Positions 53,098 through 62,510 of a stretch of 64,000 nucleotides of DNA are shown piece after piece. The translations under genes were made by a program, and so were the position numbers. The notes beneath the pieces are model-generated. The model was not told the DNA's origin and did not search any database. It saw only the letters and a list, made by a program, of their open reading frames with translations. The stretch's first letter is position 1. Each line of letters begins with the position of its first letter. This DNA comes from an uncultured virus (IMG/VR IMGVR_UViG_2853092212_000004) (taxonomy: Duplodnaviria; Heunggongvirae; Uroviricota; Caudoviricetes), in the IMG/VR virus record IMGVR_UViG_2853092212_000004, one strand, 5' to 3'.

Positions 53098-53286
53098 TTA
53101 TTTCACCTGCTTTATCGCTCCTTTGTGTCTTGTATATGAACTGTGAGACATTAACTCTCTTATATCACGTTCACTTAATTTCTCGCTTTTCTTTTTATTA
53201 TTCATTTCCATAAGCTTTTTATAATTTCCAATATCAGTTTCTCTCAAAACATCTTTTACCCTCATAAACTCCCTCCTAAAATCCAA
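53098..53286 (-). CDS. Hypothetical phage protein
   Basis: Small ORF in operon. Confidence 0.6.
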   Translation of the reverse strand: MDFRREFMRVKDVLRETDIGNYKKLMEMNNKKKSEKLSERDIRELMSHSSYTRHKGAIKQVK

Positions 53287-53311
53287 TTAAAAAGAGCTGC
53301 TATATTATTTT

Positions 53312-53683
53312 CTAATATAACAACTCTTTATTTTCATTAACCAACCTTTTAGGTGTATCCCATGTAACAATTGGAGCAACTTCTCTGTTAATTACCAAAT
53401 CTCCATCAGGTTTAGTTTTATATATTGATCTATTCTTTTTTATAAATGTACTATCACCCATGTATTTATTAGCTTCATAATTCGTAGCCTTTATACTTTC
53501 ACGTCTTTGAACAACTGCTATATCATGTTTATGTTTCAAATGACTAAAGTTTCTTTGGATGTACTTTCTAACTGCTTCAACTTTTTTCCCTAACTTCTTA
53601 GCGATTTGATTTGCATCATATCCCTTTAAATACAATTCTTTTATTGGATTTTTATCCGCTTTAGCTTCCAAAAGCTCCACCAC
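53312..53683 (-). CDS. HTH DNA-binding phage protein
   Basis: GYDANQIAKKLG..AVRKYI. Confidence 0.65.
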   Translation of the reverse strand: MVELLEAKADKNPIKELYLKGYDANQIAKKLGKKVEAVRKYIQRNFSHLKHKHDIAVVQRRESIKATNYEANKYMGDSTFIKKNRSIYKTKPDGDLVINREVAPIVTWDTPKRLVNENKELLY

Positions 53684-53810
53684 CTTAAAAATGAATATAG
53701 TTCACCCAAACCATAAGACTGGACATTCCTTACTTTTATAAAAGTAAAATGAGAAATATGAACTTGTATTTTGTGTTTATTACTTATTTATGTACATATA
53801 TTATCATAAA

Positions 53811-53865
53811 TTTTGGGACATTTGTGGGACATTTTTAAGACATTTTCGGGACACTTTTAGGACAT
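53811..53865. promoter_or_regulatory. Five tandem 11-bp repeats (TTTTGGGACAT consensus), likely late-activator binding site
   Basis: Units at 53811, 53822, 53833, 53844, 53855, just downstream of the activator-like gene. Confidence 0.7.
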
Positions 53866-53895
53866 TCTATAAAAAAATAAGGATGCATTTGCACC

Positions 53896-54234
53896 CTATA
53901 ATACTATCTTTTTAGCAGCTCTATTTAAAATTCTATTTAACTGCCTTTCTGTTCTATCAATTTCATTAGCGGCTTTTTTCTTATCTTTACAATCTATTAA
54001 AACTAATTTTATAACCTTATATTCTTTTTCAGGCAATAAATTTAACATATTATCAATTCTTTTATTTTCATTTTTTAATCTATTAATTTCCTTAGTTAAA
54101 TTTTCTATTCTTATGTCACTTTCATCTGATCCACTTAGTCTTAAGTTTTCAATTTCAATTTCTAAATTATCAATCTTACATTTTCTTTCTCTATAGATAT
54201 TAAATATACTTTTAATTTCTGCCATTTTTATCAC
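53896..54234 (-). CDS. ArpU/RinA-like late transcriptional regulator
   Basis: Coiled coil plus sigma-4-like HTH; position before packaging genes. Confidence 0.7.
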   Translation of the reverse strand: MIKMAEIKSIFNIYRERKCKIDNLEIEIENLRLSGSDESDIRIENLTKEINRLKNENKRIDNMLNLLPEKEYKVIKLVLIDCKDKKKAANEIDRTERQLNRILNRAAKKIVL

Positions 54235-54265
54235 CTATCCTTTATAAAATATGGTATAATTTAGA

Positions 54266-54342
54266 TAGGTTGATTAGAGAACTAACGTTCCAAGGTCTAT
54301 TCTCTAATTGAGGTAGGTGTTCGTGATGAACACCTTTATTTT
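54266..54342 (+). ncRNA. Candidate antisense small RNA
   Basis: Extended -10 TGGTATAAT (54252-60), stem attagagaa/ttctctaat, terminal hairpin plus T-rich tail. Confidence 0.4.
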
Positions 54343-54349
54343 AGTATTA

Positions 54350-54709
54350 CTAATGAAAAATAACCTTTCTAGTAATAATTCCTGCCTTGTTTAGATTATC
54401 ATATATACTCTTTAATTCCTGCTTGTACCAATCCAAATAAGGATTTCTCAATGCACTATCTTCTCTATTATCACAACACCACCAATCAGCAACTTTTAAC
54501 ACTTCAGTTCTATGCTTTAGTACAAGTGGTTCTGGATATTCAAATAATTTCTTTATAATATACACAAAAGTCTTTCCAGTACATCTCCCAGTCATCCTCA
54601 TATCTATCAACATTGGCTCATTTAAAAGATACTTACGTTGCCATTTATAAAATTTTATATTTAAAGCTTTTTCTATTTCCTTTATTAGCTCTTCACTCAT
54701 TATATCCAT
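54350..54709 (-). CDS. Hypothetical phage protein
   Basis: GRCTGKT P-loop-like stretch. Confidence 0.65.
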   Translation of the reverse strand: MDIMSEELIKEIEKALNIKFYKWQRKYLLNEPMLIDMRMTGRCTGKTFVYIIKKLFEYPEPLVLKHRTEVLKVADWWCCDNREDSALRNPYLDWYKQELKSIYDNLNKAGIITRKVIFH

Positions 54710-54744
54710 AAATTAATTACTCCTTTCTACATACTGTTTTAGTA

Positions 54745-55311
54745 TTACGCATTAGTTTTCAAACTCTGTTTATAAGCTTTATAGTAAAATAAATTGTCTA
54801 CGCATATTCCTATAGTTATTAATATAAACGCTATATTTACTGGTATTGATACTACAAAACTAATTCCAAATCCTAATAAACTACTAAAATTACTTATAAT
54901 AGTCGAATTGTTATCAAATTGCTCTCTTATAGTTTCTGAATTATATCTCATTGCTCGTAACTTATTATTACCGCAAATAATATTCTTACTAATTAATGCA
55001 AACAAAAATGTATCTAACAAATAATAAGCTACATTGCTTATTGAGCTTGTACATATTAATATTCCTATAATCGAGTATGCTATACCTTCTAATAATAATA
55101 GCTGTCCATATATTCTATATAAGTTCTTATGCTTATTCCATATGATAGGGAATAACACTCCAGCTAAACACATTATTATTGAATTAAAAGCTATCATCTT
55201 TTCTCCAACATCTTTAATTATAGTAAAATGTACTACTGGATAAGCTATTGAATAAAATAAATTACTCAGAAAATTTGCTACTAATAATTCATCTTTTATA
55301 AATTGTTTGAT
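54745..55311 (-). CDS. Multi-pass membrane protein, probable ATC start
   Basis: Frame open 38 codons upstream of the ATG; GGGGGTG SD before ATC. Confidence 0.6.
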   Translation of the reverse strand: MKQFIKDELLVANFLSNLFYSIAYPVVHFTIIKDVGEKMIAFNSIIMCLAGVLFPIIWNKHKNLYRIYGQLLLLEGIAYSIIGILICTSSISNVAYYLLDTFLFALISKNIICGNNKLRAMRYNSETIREQFDNNSTIISNFSSLLGFGISFVVSIPVNIAFILITIGICVDNLFYYKAYKQSLKTNA

Positions 55312-55354
55312 ATAATCACCCCCTAGTTAGTGCATTCTTTCTACACTTTGTGCA

Positions 55355-55663
55355 TTATTTACTCTTCATTAATTGTTCAATTCTTTTATTAATATCCTCC
55401 CATTTCTTACGTTTCTTTCTATCAGCTTCAATAATATCTATAATTTCTTTTCTATTTTTGGCTTTTGTTATATCTCCAGTATCAATTTTATTTTTTTTCT
55501 CTAATCTATTTAATAATGCTGTAATTAAATAATGTCTAGCTGTTGAAATTCCACCATCTTTACTAATACAAAAATAAGCATTATTGCTGATAATACAGTC
55601 AACTAATTCTTCTTTGGTCATTTCATTTAATAGTTTTCTAACCTCAATGTTTTTAGCACTCAT
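55355..55663 (-). CDS. Hypothetical phage protein
   Basis: ORF in early operon. Confidence 0.6.
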   Translation of the reverse strand: MSAKNIEVRKLLNEMTKEELVDCIISNNAYFCISKDGGISTARHYLITALLNRLEKKNKIDTGDITKAKNRKEIIDIIEADRKKRKKWEDINKRIEQLMKSK

Positions 55664-55704
55664 TCCTTTTACTCCTTAACTCTACACTTTACGCATTATT
55701 ACAA

Positions 55705-56079
55705 TCAATTTTTATATTTATACCAATTATGATTTTTCTTTAATATCTCTAAATTTTTATTATGAATTGATACGTCTTTTTCAGTGGCTTGTCTTAATTC
55801 CTCTATATTTTCCTTAGTGATTGTTAATAGAATATCGTCACAATCTTCACTGACTGCATAACATATGAAATAATCATAATCTTCATAGAATTCATTTTTA
55901 CCAAAGGTTTCATGCATTACTTTAAAGAATTTCTCCATTTGATCTAATTGAATAGGTCTTAATACCAAAAATTCATTTGAATTTTCTTGTAGCTCAATAA
56001 CTGCTATCTCTAATCCAGCTACTAAGTTCCAATCATCTATAGCATTTTCTTTTACTTTAGCAATTAATTGTTTTATCAT
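55705..56079 (-). CDS. Hypothetical phage protein
   Basis: ORF with GGAGG SD. Confidence 0.65.
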   Translation of the reverse strand: MIKQLIAKVKENAIDDWNLVAGLEIAVIELQENSNEFLVLRPIQLDQMEKFFKVMHETFGKNEFYEDYDYFICYAVSEDCDDILLTITKENIEELRQATEKDVSIHNKNLEILKKNHNWYKYKN

Positions 56080-56105
56080 GATCTCCCTCCATATATATTT
56101 TTTGC

Positions 56106-56666
56106 TTATAGCTCTTTATAAAATTTATCACTTACTGATCTTCCAAGAATTAATTCTAGTCCTTGCTTACTTAGCCAAAAGTAAATACATTCATCATTAT
56201 TTGGATGATTAGTACCTTTTTCAGCAAAGCCTTTTTCAACTAATTCATTCCAATCCTTATCTTTTTCCTGAGTAAAAAAATAATTTCTATATGGTTTATT
56301 TTTTCTTCCTATACCAATACAATGTCTCATTATATCTAATTGATATTGAGTTACATATTCTAATAAATTTTTGACTTCCGTATTTTCTCTATTGTATAAA
56401 GAGCAATATCCCTTTTGGCATCTATAAAATGCAACTGGTTCTTCATCTTCCTTAACTGGTTGCCTTATTCTTTTACACCTTGACGCTGATAACCATTTAT
56501 CAGCATATTTTTTATAACTTCCACCATCTAACATAGGCAGACCAGTTTTCTTGCATGATGCTGCTGTATAAAATCCATATCCGTTTGCTACTAGCAAATC
56601 TTTTATATTATTACTCATAATTGTTACTCCTTCCCCTATACTTCCTTTCGTTTGCACCTGGAACAC
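56106..56666 (-). CDS. Hypothetical phage protein
   Basis: ORF in early operon; real start probably internal (MSNNIK). Confidence 0.65.
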   Translation of the reverse strand: MFQVQTKGSIGEGVTIMSNNIKDLLVANGYGFYTAASCKKTGLPMLDGGSYKKYADKWLSASRCKRIRQPVKEDEEPVAFYRCQKGYCSLYNRENTEVKNLLEYVTQYQLDIMRHCIGIGRKNKPYRNYFFTQEKDKDWNELVEKGFAEKGTNHPNNDECIYFWLSKQGLELILGRSVSDKFYKEL

Positions 56667-56872
56667 AACCCCATATTTGCATGATAATCTATACTAGAAA
56701 TTGTAGCTCCGCATAAATAACATTCTTCATTATCTTCCTCGTCTTTATTAGATATATATCCCAATTCCTTGAGTTCTTTTTTTAAAGCTTCTCTTATATC
56801 CAGACCATGCTCTTCTATTCTTTTAATTGCTTTTGGAACTATTATGTCTACAATATCCTTAATAACTCCCAT
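56636..56872 (-). CDS. Small Zn-finger phage protein
   Basis: CYLC..CSRC. Confidence 0.65.
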   Translation of the reverse strand: MGVIKDIVDIIVPKAIKRIEEHGLDIREALKKELKELGYISNKDEEDNEECYLCGATISSIDYHANMGLCSRCKRKEV

Positions 56873-57120
56873 TAAATCACCTTCTCATCAATTTTAGTAA
56901 CATACCACATATCAAATATTTCTTTTTCTTCAATGCAGTAATATATTTGCCATGTTCCTATTACTGGATTAAAGAATTTTAATCTATCTTTCTTCTCCAC
57001 CTTCTCAACCTTATAACTTGCTCCAGTGATCTTACTTGTTATAATAATATCTTTATTGTCTATAACCTTTTCCCAGGCTGACAAGAATGTAAATTCAACT
57101 GATCTATTTATTTCAATCAT
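56872..57120 (-). CDS. Hypothetical phage protein
   Basis: Coupled stop/start. Confidence 0.6.
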   Translation of the reverse strand: MIEINRSVEFTFLSAWEKVIDNKDIIITSKITGASYKVEKVEKKDRLKFFNPVIGTWQIYYCIEEKEIFDMWYVTKIDEKVI

Positions 57121-57228
57121 ATTTCACCTATTTTTATCAAGGGGATCTCTCCCCTTATATTTTTTTTGCAGTAACCGTAACATTAGCAATTGTAATCCCT
57201 GCTGCTAACACTCCTAGTCCTGCAAGTA

Positions 57229-57384
57229 TTAACTTACTATATCTTTCAAATTCTTATAAAAGACTTGCTTTTCTTCTTCTGATAAACCTTTAGTAAATTC
57301 TTCAAAGATCTCTTTTAAGTCCTTATCAGGCTTTTCAAAATACGCTTTAACAATCTTTTCTGTTTTCTCATTAAGTTTGTCCAT
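57229..57384 (-). CDS. Small hypothetical protein, 51 aa (MDKLNEKTEK...)
   Basis: Read manually; GAGGTG SD. Confidence 0.55.
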   Translation of the reverse strand: MDKLNEKTEKIVKAYFEKPDKDLKEIFEEFTKGLSEEEKQVFYKNLKDIVS

Positions 57385-57404
57385 CAATAACACCTCTTTT
57401 ATAA

Positions 57405-58403
57405 TTACTTATCCCATCCTAGTAATCTCTTTTCTAATGAATCATAGTCATATTCTCTTGCCTCAAAGTTATTAAATCTCAGCGGTTTCACAATATTATC
57501 ATTTTTAACTCTTGCCTTAGATTCATCTCTGCCTTTTGTTTGCCAGTTCTGTAATATCCCCGAAAGATAACCATAATTATTTATTTTTCCACGTTTTACG
57601 CATTCAGTAGCTGCTTCCATCATCCAGTTAGCTCCAAAAACTTTAATATCTGCATCTATAAATTCTTTTAACTTGGCACTACCTATAAAACCACATTTTT
57701 GAAAATGAGCATAAATATTAATCATATCTTTTTCATCGACTACAACAAACGACTCATTGTTATTGGTTATAGTGTTAGGATATTGGTTATTGGATTTAGG
57801 ATTATGGTTATAGGTTATTGGATTATGGTTTTGTCCACTTATCGGTAACGTATCGTCAAACTCTACTGTTTGAGCCATTCCTTCAAAATTTATTTTTTTA
57901 TCAGACACGTTATACGTATCGTTATTTATTTCATTCTGATTGGTATACGTATCGTCTAACGACACGTTGTTTATTGCAGATAAATATTCCTCTATAAGTT
58001 GTTTAATAGATGCATTTTTTACATTAGTTACAATTTCTTTTATAAGGGTTTTATCAACTACATTCCCCAAGTCTTTTTTTATACAATCTATCATAGGCTT
58101 CCCACCCTTATTTAAATTGTATTTACCATAATTTTTAATGCATATTTCTTTAGTTTCGTCATTGTACACTACTAACTTATGAGTATTAATAAACCTTGTC
58201 ATAAGGCTATTTATAGACTCTATACTGTATCCTAAATCAAAAGCCATTTGTTTCTTCACTATTCTATAAATACCTATCATGTTAGTACAAGGATTAGTAA
58301 GAAGATATAAATAAAAATATTTATCCTCTGGTGTCATATCTTCCATTACTTTAGGATCATTCCAAAATTCTGTATAAACTATTCTAAATGCCATAAATTT
58401 CAC
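57405..58403 (-). CDS. Phage replication initiator with DnaD-like C-terminal domain
   Basis: FWNDP..YFYLYLLTN N-terminus; YLSGILQNW; FNNF..REYDY. Confidence 0.88.
   Translation of the reverse strand: MKFMAFRIVYTEFWNDPKVMEDMTPEDKYFYLYLLTNPCTNMIGIYRIVKKQMAFDLGYSIESINSLMTRFINTHKLVVYNDETKEICIKNYGKYNLNKGGKPMIDCIKKDLGNVVDKTLIKEIVTNVKNASIKQLIEEYLSAINNVSLDDTYTNQNEINNDTYNVSDKKINFEGMAQTVEFDDTLPISGQNHNPITYNHNPKSNNQYPNTITNNNESFVVVDEKDMINIYAHFQKCGFIGSAKLKEFIDADIKVFGANWMMEAATECVKRGKINNYGYLSGILQNWQTKGRDESKARVKNDNIVKPLRFNNFEAREYDYDSLEKRLLGWDK
57775..57970. repeat. Iteron-like repeats inside rep gene (candidate phage ori)
   Basis: acgtatcgt x3, gacacgtt x2, ggattatggtt-type repeats. Confidence 0.55.
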
Positions 58404-58406
58404 TCC

Positions 58407-59480
58407 TTAATTATTTTGACTGAAAAGCCCTATCTTTCTCTTAAACCATATATATACTCCATCTGATATCTTATATAAAATCTTGGGGTTAATAGGCTTC
58501 CCAAAATCAATTTCTATAGATATTTCATCCACTTTATCAAAGCATTTAACTTGTATTGCTAAATAAGATTCCTTATAGTCCTCAATACTAATTGATAAAA
58601 TATTATCTTTCGATATACTGCATTGTTTTATATAAAACATGCCTTTAATATAATCATTTGAAATAATAAGCCTAGGATGTTCAAACTCTTTTAAGGCTCT
58701 TTGAAACTTACAAATAATATCTTCCTCTTTAACTTCTTTAGATGCAGTTGGATACATTTCTTGAAGTAAATCCTTATCCAATTTGCTTTCAATAGGCTGT
58801 TTTATGCCTTGTACCAAAACTTCGATTTCCTCTTTAGATTCCTTTGCATTTAAATCTTTAATTTCCTCATGAATAACTTTCTGTTCAGATTCTGATAAAC
58901 TACTTAATGTATGTGCTTGAGTGAGTGTTATTTCCTCCTTATCAAGCTTTTCTTTAAGATCTGGTATTAAATCCTTATCTACTTTCTTATAGCGCCCAAC
59001 TTGGACGCCTGAAAGTCCTAAATCTTTTCCTATAAGATCTCTTGTCTTTCCTTGAAGCTTTTCTCCGTTATTTCTCTTTTGCTTATAAATGGCTTCAAGC
59101 CTTTTAATACCTTCCATTTTTTCGCTTGGTGTCAATTCTCTTTGCTCTGCATTTGCTTGTATTAGCATAAGCTCTGCATCTAAATCACTGAGGTTTTCTT
59201 TAACCTGACATGGTATTTTTTCATACCCAAGGCTTTTTAATGCTCTATATCTTCTTTCTCCTGAAAGAATTTCATACTTTGTAGGGGAATTAGAAATTTT
59301 TCTTACAACCAAATTATGCATAAGACCATTTTCTTTAATAGATTCTGCAAGCTCTTCTATTTCTCTAATGCCATAAAAATTTCTTTGCGATGGAACTAGA
59401 CTATTTATATCTAGCTCCTGTGTAAATCCTTTATTCTCTACTCCGTTTATCCTATCTGCTATACCTTTTAAATAAGACAT
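58407..59480 (-). CDS. parB: ParB-family CTPase/HTH protein
   Basis: ELAESI..GL, SGERRYRA, central HTH. Confidence 0.9.
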   Translation of the reverse strand: MSYLKGIADRINGVENKGFTQELDINSLVPSQRNFYGIREIEELAESIKENGLMHNLVVRKISNSPTKYEILSGERRYRALKSLGYEKIPCQVKENLSDLDAELMLIQANAEQRELTPSEKMEGIKRLEAIYKQKRNNGEKLQGKTRDLIGKDLGLSGVQVGRYKKVDKDLIPDLKEKLDKEEITLTQAHTLSSLSESEQKVIHEEIKDLNAKESKEEIEVLVQGIKQPIESKLDKDLLQEMYPTASKEVKEEDIICKFQRALKEFEHPRLIISNDYIKGMFYIKQCSISKDNILSISIEDYKESYLAIQVKCFDKVDEISIEIDFGKPINPKILYKISDGVYIWFKRKIGLFSQNN

Positions 59481-60223
59481 TGCTGCATTTCCTCCACAAA
59501 ACTTTTGTAGTCCTTAGATGCATTTGCTCTGATATTAAAATAGACCACTGGAGTAGAATTAAAAGTACTCTTAATTACATCAACATTATCTCTTATAGTT
59601 TGTTTAAATAGCATATCCCCTAGTTCTTCTTTAAGCTCTTGCTTTATTTCTCTGTTGATTGTTGTAGATCTATCCATTGTTACCAAAATCCCCAACAATT
59701 TTAATTCATCGTTAAATTCTTCTTTAACGCCTTGAATGCTACCCATTAGATATTCAAACCCATCTAGTGCAAATTTATCTATTTTCAAAGGAACAACGAC
59801 ATATTTACTAGCAGCCAATGTATTAATAGACAACATTCCTAAACTAGGAGGACAGTCTATTAAGATATAATCAAATGAATCTTCCTTCTTACTATTGAGC
59901 CACTTTTTAAGCCTTGTTTCTCTTGCTTTCTTAGTATCTGCAAGTATTTCAGCTTCACTCATAATCAAATTTATGTTTGCAGGAACAATCCAAAGATTTT
60001 TATATATAGTTCCTTGTATTGGAACATCTTCACCAGCAAGCAATTCATATGTCCCCTTAGTATTAGGATTGTACACATTTAAGTACTTTGTAGCATTGCT
60101 TTGAGGATCAAGATCTATAATTAAAACTTTCTTCCCTTGTCTTCCTAACTCTGCTGCTACATTTACACATGAAGTTGTTTTAGCAACTCCACCTTTTATA
60201 TTTAAAAAACTTATAATTTTCAT
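59468..60223 (-). CDS. parA: ParA/Soj ATPase
   Basis: KGGVAKTT, DLDPQSNAT, DCPPSLG. Confidence 0.95.
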   Translation of the reverse strand: MKIISFLNIKGGVAKTTSCVNVAAELGRQGKKVLIIDLDPQSNATKYLNVYNPNTKGTYELLAGEDVPIQGTIYKNLWIVPANINLIMSEAEILADTKKARETRLKKWLNSKKEDSFDYILIDCPPSLGMLSINTLAASKYVVVPLKIDKFALDGFEYLMGSIQGVKEEFNDELKLLGILVTMDRSTTINREIKQELKEELGDMLFKQTIRDNVDVIKSTFNSTPVVYFNIRANASKDYKSFVEEMQQCLI

Positions 60224-60260
60224 CTATTTACATCTCCAATCAAATAATTTATAATGGAGA

Positions 60261-60319
60261 TACGGAGTAGTGATCCGTATCTCAAACATTGGTGAACCTT
60301 TATGTAAGGTTCTTTTTTT
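60261..60319 (+). ncRNA. Candidate antisense small RNA upstream of parA
   Basis: TTTACA-N17-TATAAT (60227-60255); terminator gaacctt-tatgt-aaggttc-T7. Confidence 0.45.
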
Positions 60320-60320
60320 A

Positions 60321-60806
60321 TTAGTACCATTGTCTCCCCTCATGTGTTACGTGAAGCCAAACTTTACTCTTACCTTCTAAAAATGCAAATCTTAAATATT
60401 CTTTTCTATAATGCTCTGTTTGAACTAAATCTTTATATTCTTTACGTACATACTTATGTAACTGTCTTTTCTTCCCATCAGCTTTAATTACATTGATTAC
60501 ATTACATACACTTACTACACATTCTTCATCATCTGGATCTTGTGCTACATGATCTATATCTTCAACATAATTAATTGCCTTTGGAGTAGTAATCATTCTT
60601 GCGTCTATACCCCTAGCATTAAAATAATTAACGATGAAATTCTTAAAAATCACTTTATTCTCTTCTGTTAAATCCTCGTACCCTTTAACTTGTAAAGCAT
60701 CAATGCCATGACAATTTTTTAAATCCTCTAAGCAAGTGAGCTTATAATCATTTAATCCATTTTCTTGATATATTTTTTCAACTTCGCTTCTCTTCATTTC
60801 TAACAC
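60321..60806 (-). CDS. Hypothetical phage protein
   Basis: 161-aa ORF. Confidence 0.7.
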   Translation of the reverse strand: MLEMKRSEVEKIYQENGLNDYKLTCLEDLKNCHGIDALQVKGYEDLTEENKVIFKNFIVNYFNARGIDARMITTPKAINYVEDIDHVAQDPDDEECVVSVCNVINVIKADGKKRQLHKYVRKEYKDLVQTEHYRKEYLRFAFLEGKSKVWLHVTHEGRQWY

Positions 60807-60875
60807 TCCTTACACAATTTACACTTTGAATAATTCCCACAACAAAACCTAATTAAATGAACTTTTCTACTCTTT

Positions 60876-60918
60876 TTATCCACAATTTTGCTACGCAATT
60901 TATGGCTATTGTGGATAA
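60876..60918. promoter_or_regulatory. Two perfect DnaA boxes in inverted orientation
   Basis: TTATCCACA 60876-84 and TGTGGATAA 60910-18. Confidence 0.55.
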
Positions 60919-60929
60919 AGTGAGGACAT

Positions 60930-61109
60930 TTAATTTTGCACATTTTTCTCTTTCCTTTCTTCTGCTAATTTTTCCATAATGCATTTTGCTTCAATTTCAA
61001 CTATTGGTGCGTAAAATTCTTTATCAGTCATGTCTAAAACTTCAATTATTTCTCGACTTAAGCATTTACCTGTTTTTCTATCGTAAGTACTTCTTAAAAC
61101 TCCTACCAT
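60930..61109 (-). CDS. Small hypothetical protein, 59 aa (MVGVLRSTYDRKTG...)
   Basis: Read manually; GGGG SD. Confidence 0.55.
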   Translation of the reverse strand: MVGVLRSTYDRKTGKCLSREIIEVLDMTDKEFYAPIVEIEAKCIMEKLAEERKEKNVQN

Positions 61110-61125
61110 ATTTCATCCCCCACAT

Positions 61126-61608
61126 CTATTCAATTTCTAATTTTTCTAGAGCTATAACTAATTCATTTGTACATCCCGATAATTTTTTCAAATTATTAAT
61201 TATATACTCTACTGTTGGCTTTTCATCTTCCGTTATTACTCCATCTTCCACAACATCCATCAACATTGTCGCCATTTTCTCACCAGGTTTTAATAAATTA
61301 AATATACTAACTGAAAGTTTATATATATTTTTTATATTCTCTTGGCTTATTGGGCTAATGGTTAACTTTCCAATTTGACATTCATTACAGCAGTAATAAT
61401 TTAATAATTCTGGAGCATTATAAATATCAGCCATCTTGCAAACAATATCTACTGGTATTGGTCTTCCTAACTCATAATTAAGCAAAGAATCTCTACTTAT
61501 ACATAAAGCCTCACTAGCTCCCTCCATATTTTTAAACTTATCCTCATGTTCTGCGGCTTGTTTTCTTGCCGATCTATATGCAGAATCTTTATTTTTACTC
61601 TTTTCCAT
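61126..61608 (-). CDS. XRE/CII-like phage regulator
   Basis: ASEAL..SLLNYELG..P.DIV..MADIY; DGVITEDE. Confidence 0.75.
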   Translation of the reverse strand: MEKSKNKDSAYRSARKQAAEHEDKFKNMEGASEALCISRDSLLNYELGRPIPVDIVCKMADIYNAPELLNYYCCNECQIGKLTISPISQENIKNIYKLSVSIFNLLKPGEKMATMLMDVVEDGVITEDEKPTVEYIINNLKKLSGCTNELVIALEKLEIE

Positions 61609-61703
61609 TTATTTCTCCTTTCTCACTATTAAGTATTGGAATAATATTACATGTTTATATTCAAAAATTGGACTAGCCTTCTATGTTGTATCCAATTTTT
61701 GCA

Positions 61704-61931
61704 TTATATAATTGTATTATAGTTCTTATTAGGAACGTGACTATCAAAAAAAATTTGTTCAATTGATAATTTAAAAAAGTCAGAAATCTTTTTTGCTTCA
61801 TGAAGCGTAAATTTTACACTTCCACTTTCTTTTTTATAATAAGCAGCTTTTGTTTTTAATCCTAATAAATCCTTCATTTGATCGACTGAAATTGAATTGT
61901 CAATTCTTAGTGTTTTAAGATTACTAAACAC
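61704..61931 (-). CDS. Cro-like XRE regulator
   Basis: YYKKESG..FTLHEAKKISDFF. Confidence 0.85.
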   Translation of the reverse strand: MFSNLKTLRIDNSISVDQMKDLLGLKTKAAYYKKESGSVKFTLHEAKKISDFFKLSIEQIFFDSHVPNKNYNTII

Positions 61932-62053
61932 TTTTAGTTCACCTCCGTTCTCATTGGGATACTTTAATTATAGTTTCTCAAAAGGAACTTGTCAACGATT
62001 TTAAAAAAATAATTTTCCAATTAGGAACATTAATATATTTTCCTAATAGGATA
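61722..62053. promoter_or_regulatory. Five 15-bp operator-like sites (approx. GTTCCTAATAGGAAC)
   Basis: At 61722, 61947, 61974, 62014, 62039. Confidence 0.75.
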
Positions 62054-62071
62054 CTATATAATTATCTTGAG

Positions 62072-62494
62072 GTGTTGAGTATGAATAGAATTAAACAACT
62101 TAGATTAGCTAAAGGCTGGACACAAGACGACTTAGGTGATAAATTATGTGTAAAACGTGCTGCTATTTCAAAATACGAAAATGGTGGAATACCTTTAACT
62201 GATGATACCATTAGGAAACTTTCAGAAATTTTTGAAAAATCAGCAGATTATATTTTAGGGCTCACAGACGATAATGAAGATTTCATTATCAATAAAATAG
62301 ATATCCCTAAAGAGTATACTGATAAATATAAAGTTACTTCCAGGGATAAAAAACAGTACTTGGAAGAAATGAAAAAAGCCAATGAATCTTTTTTTATGAA
62401 TGACGAATTCAATGATGAAGCCAAAAAAGATATGTTAGATTTAATGTCTGAATTATTTTGGGATGCTAAAGCTAAAAATAAAAGAAAAAAATAA
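62072..62494 (+). CDS. CI/ImmR-like repressor
   Basis: XRE HTH: WTQDDLG..AISKYENG..SADYILG. Confidence 0.9.
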   Translation: MLSMNRIKQLRLAKGWTQDDLGDKLCVKRAAISKYENGGIPLTDDTIRKLSEIFEKSADYILGLTDDNEDFIINKIDIPKEYTDKYKVTSRDKKQYLEEMKKANESFFMNDEFNDEAKKDMLDLMSELFWDAKAKNKRKK

Positions 62495-62510
62495 CAGGTG
62501 GTGGGTTCAT

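Noticed and set aside
57156..57235. Hydrophobic frame LILAGLGVLAAGITIANV as a type I toxin
   Set aside because: No start codon or SD after the upstream in-frame stop; probably a remnant
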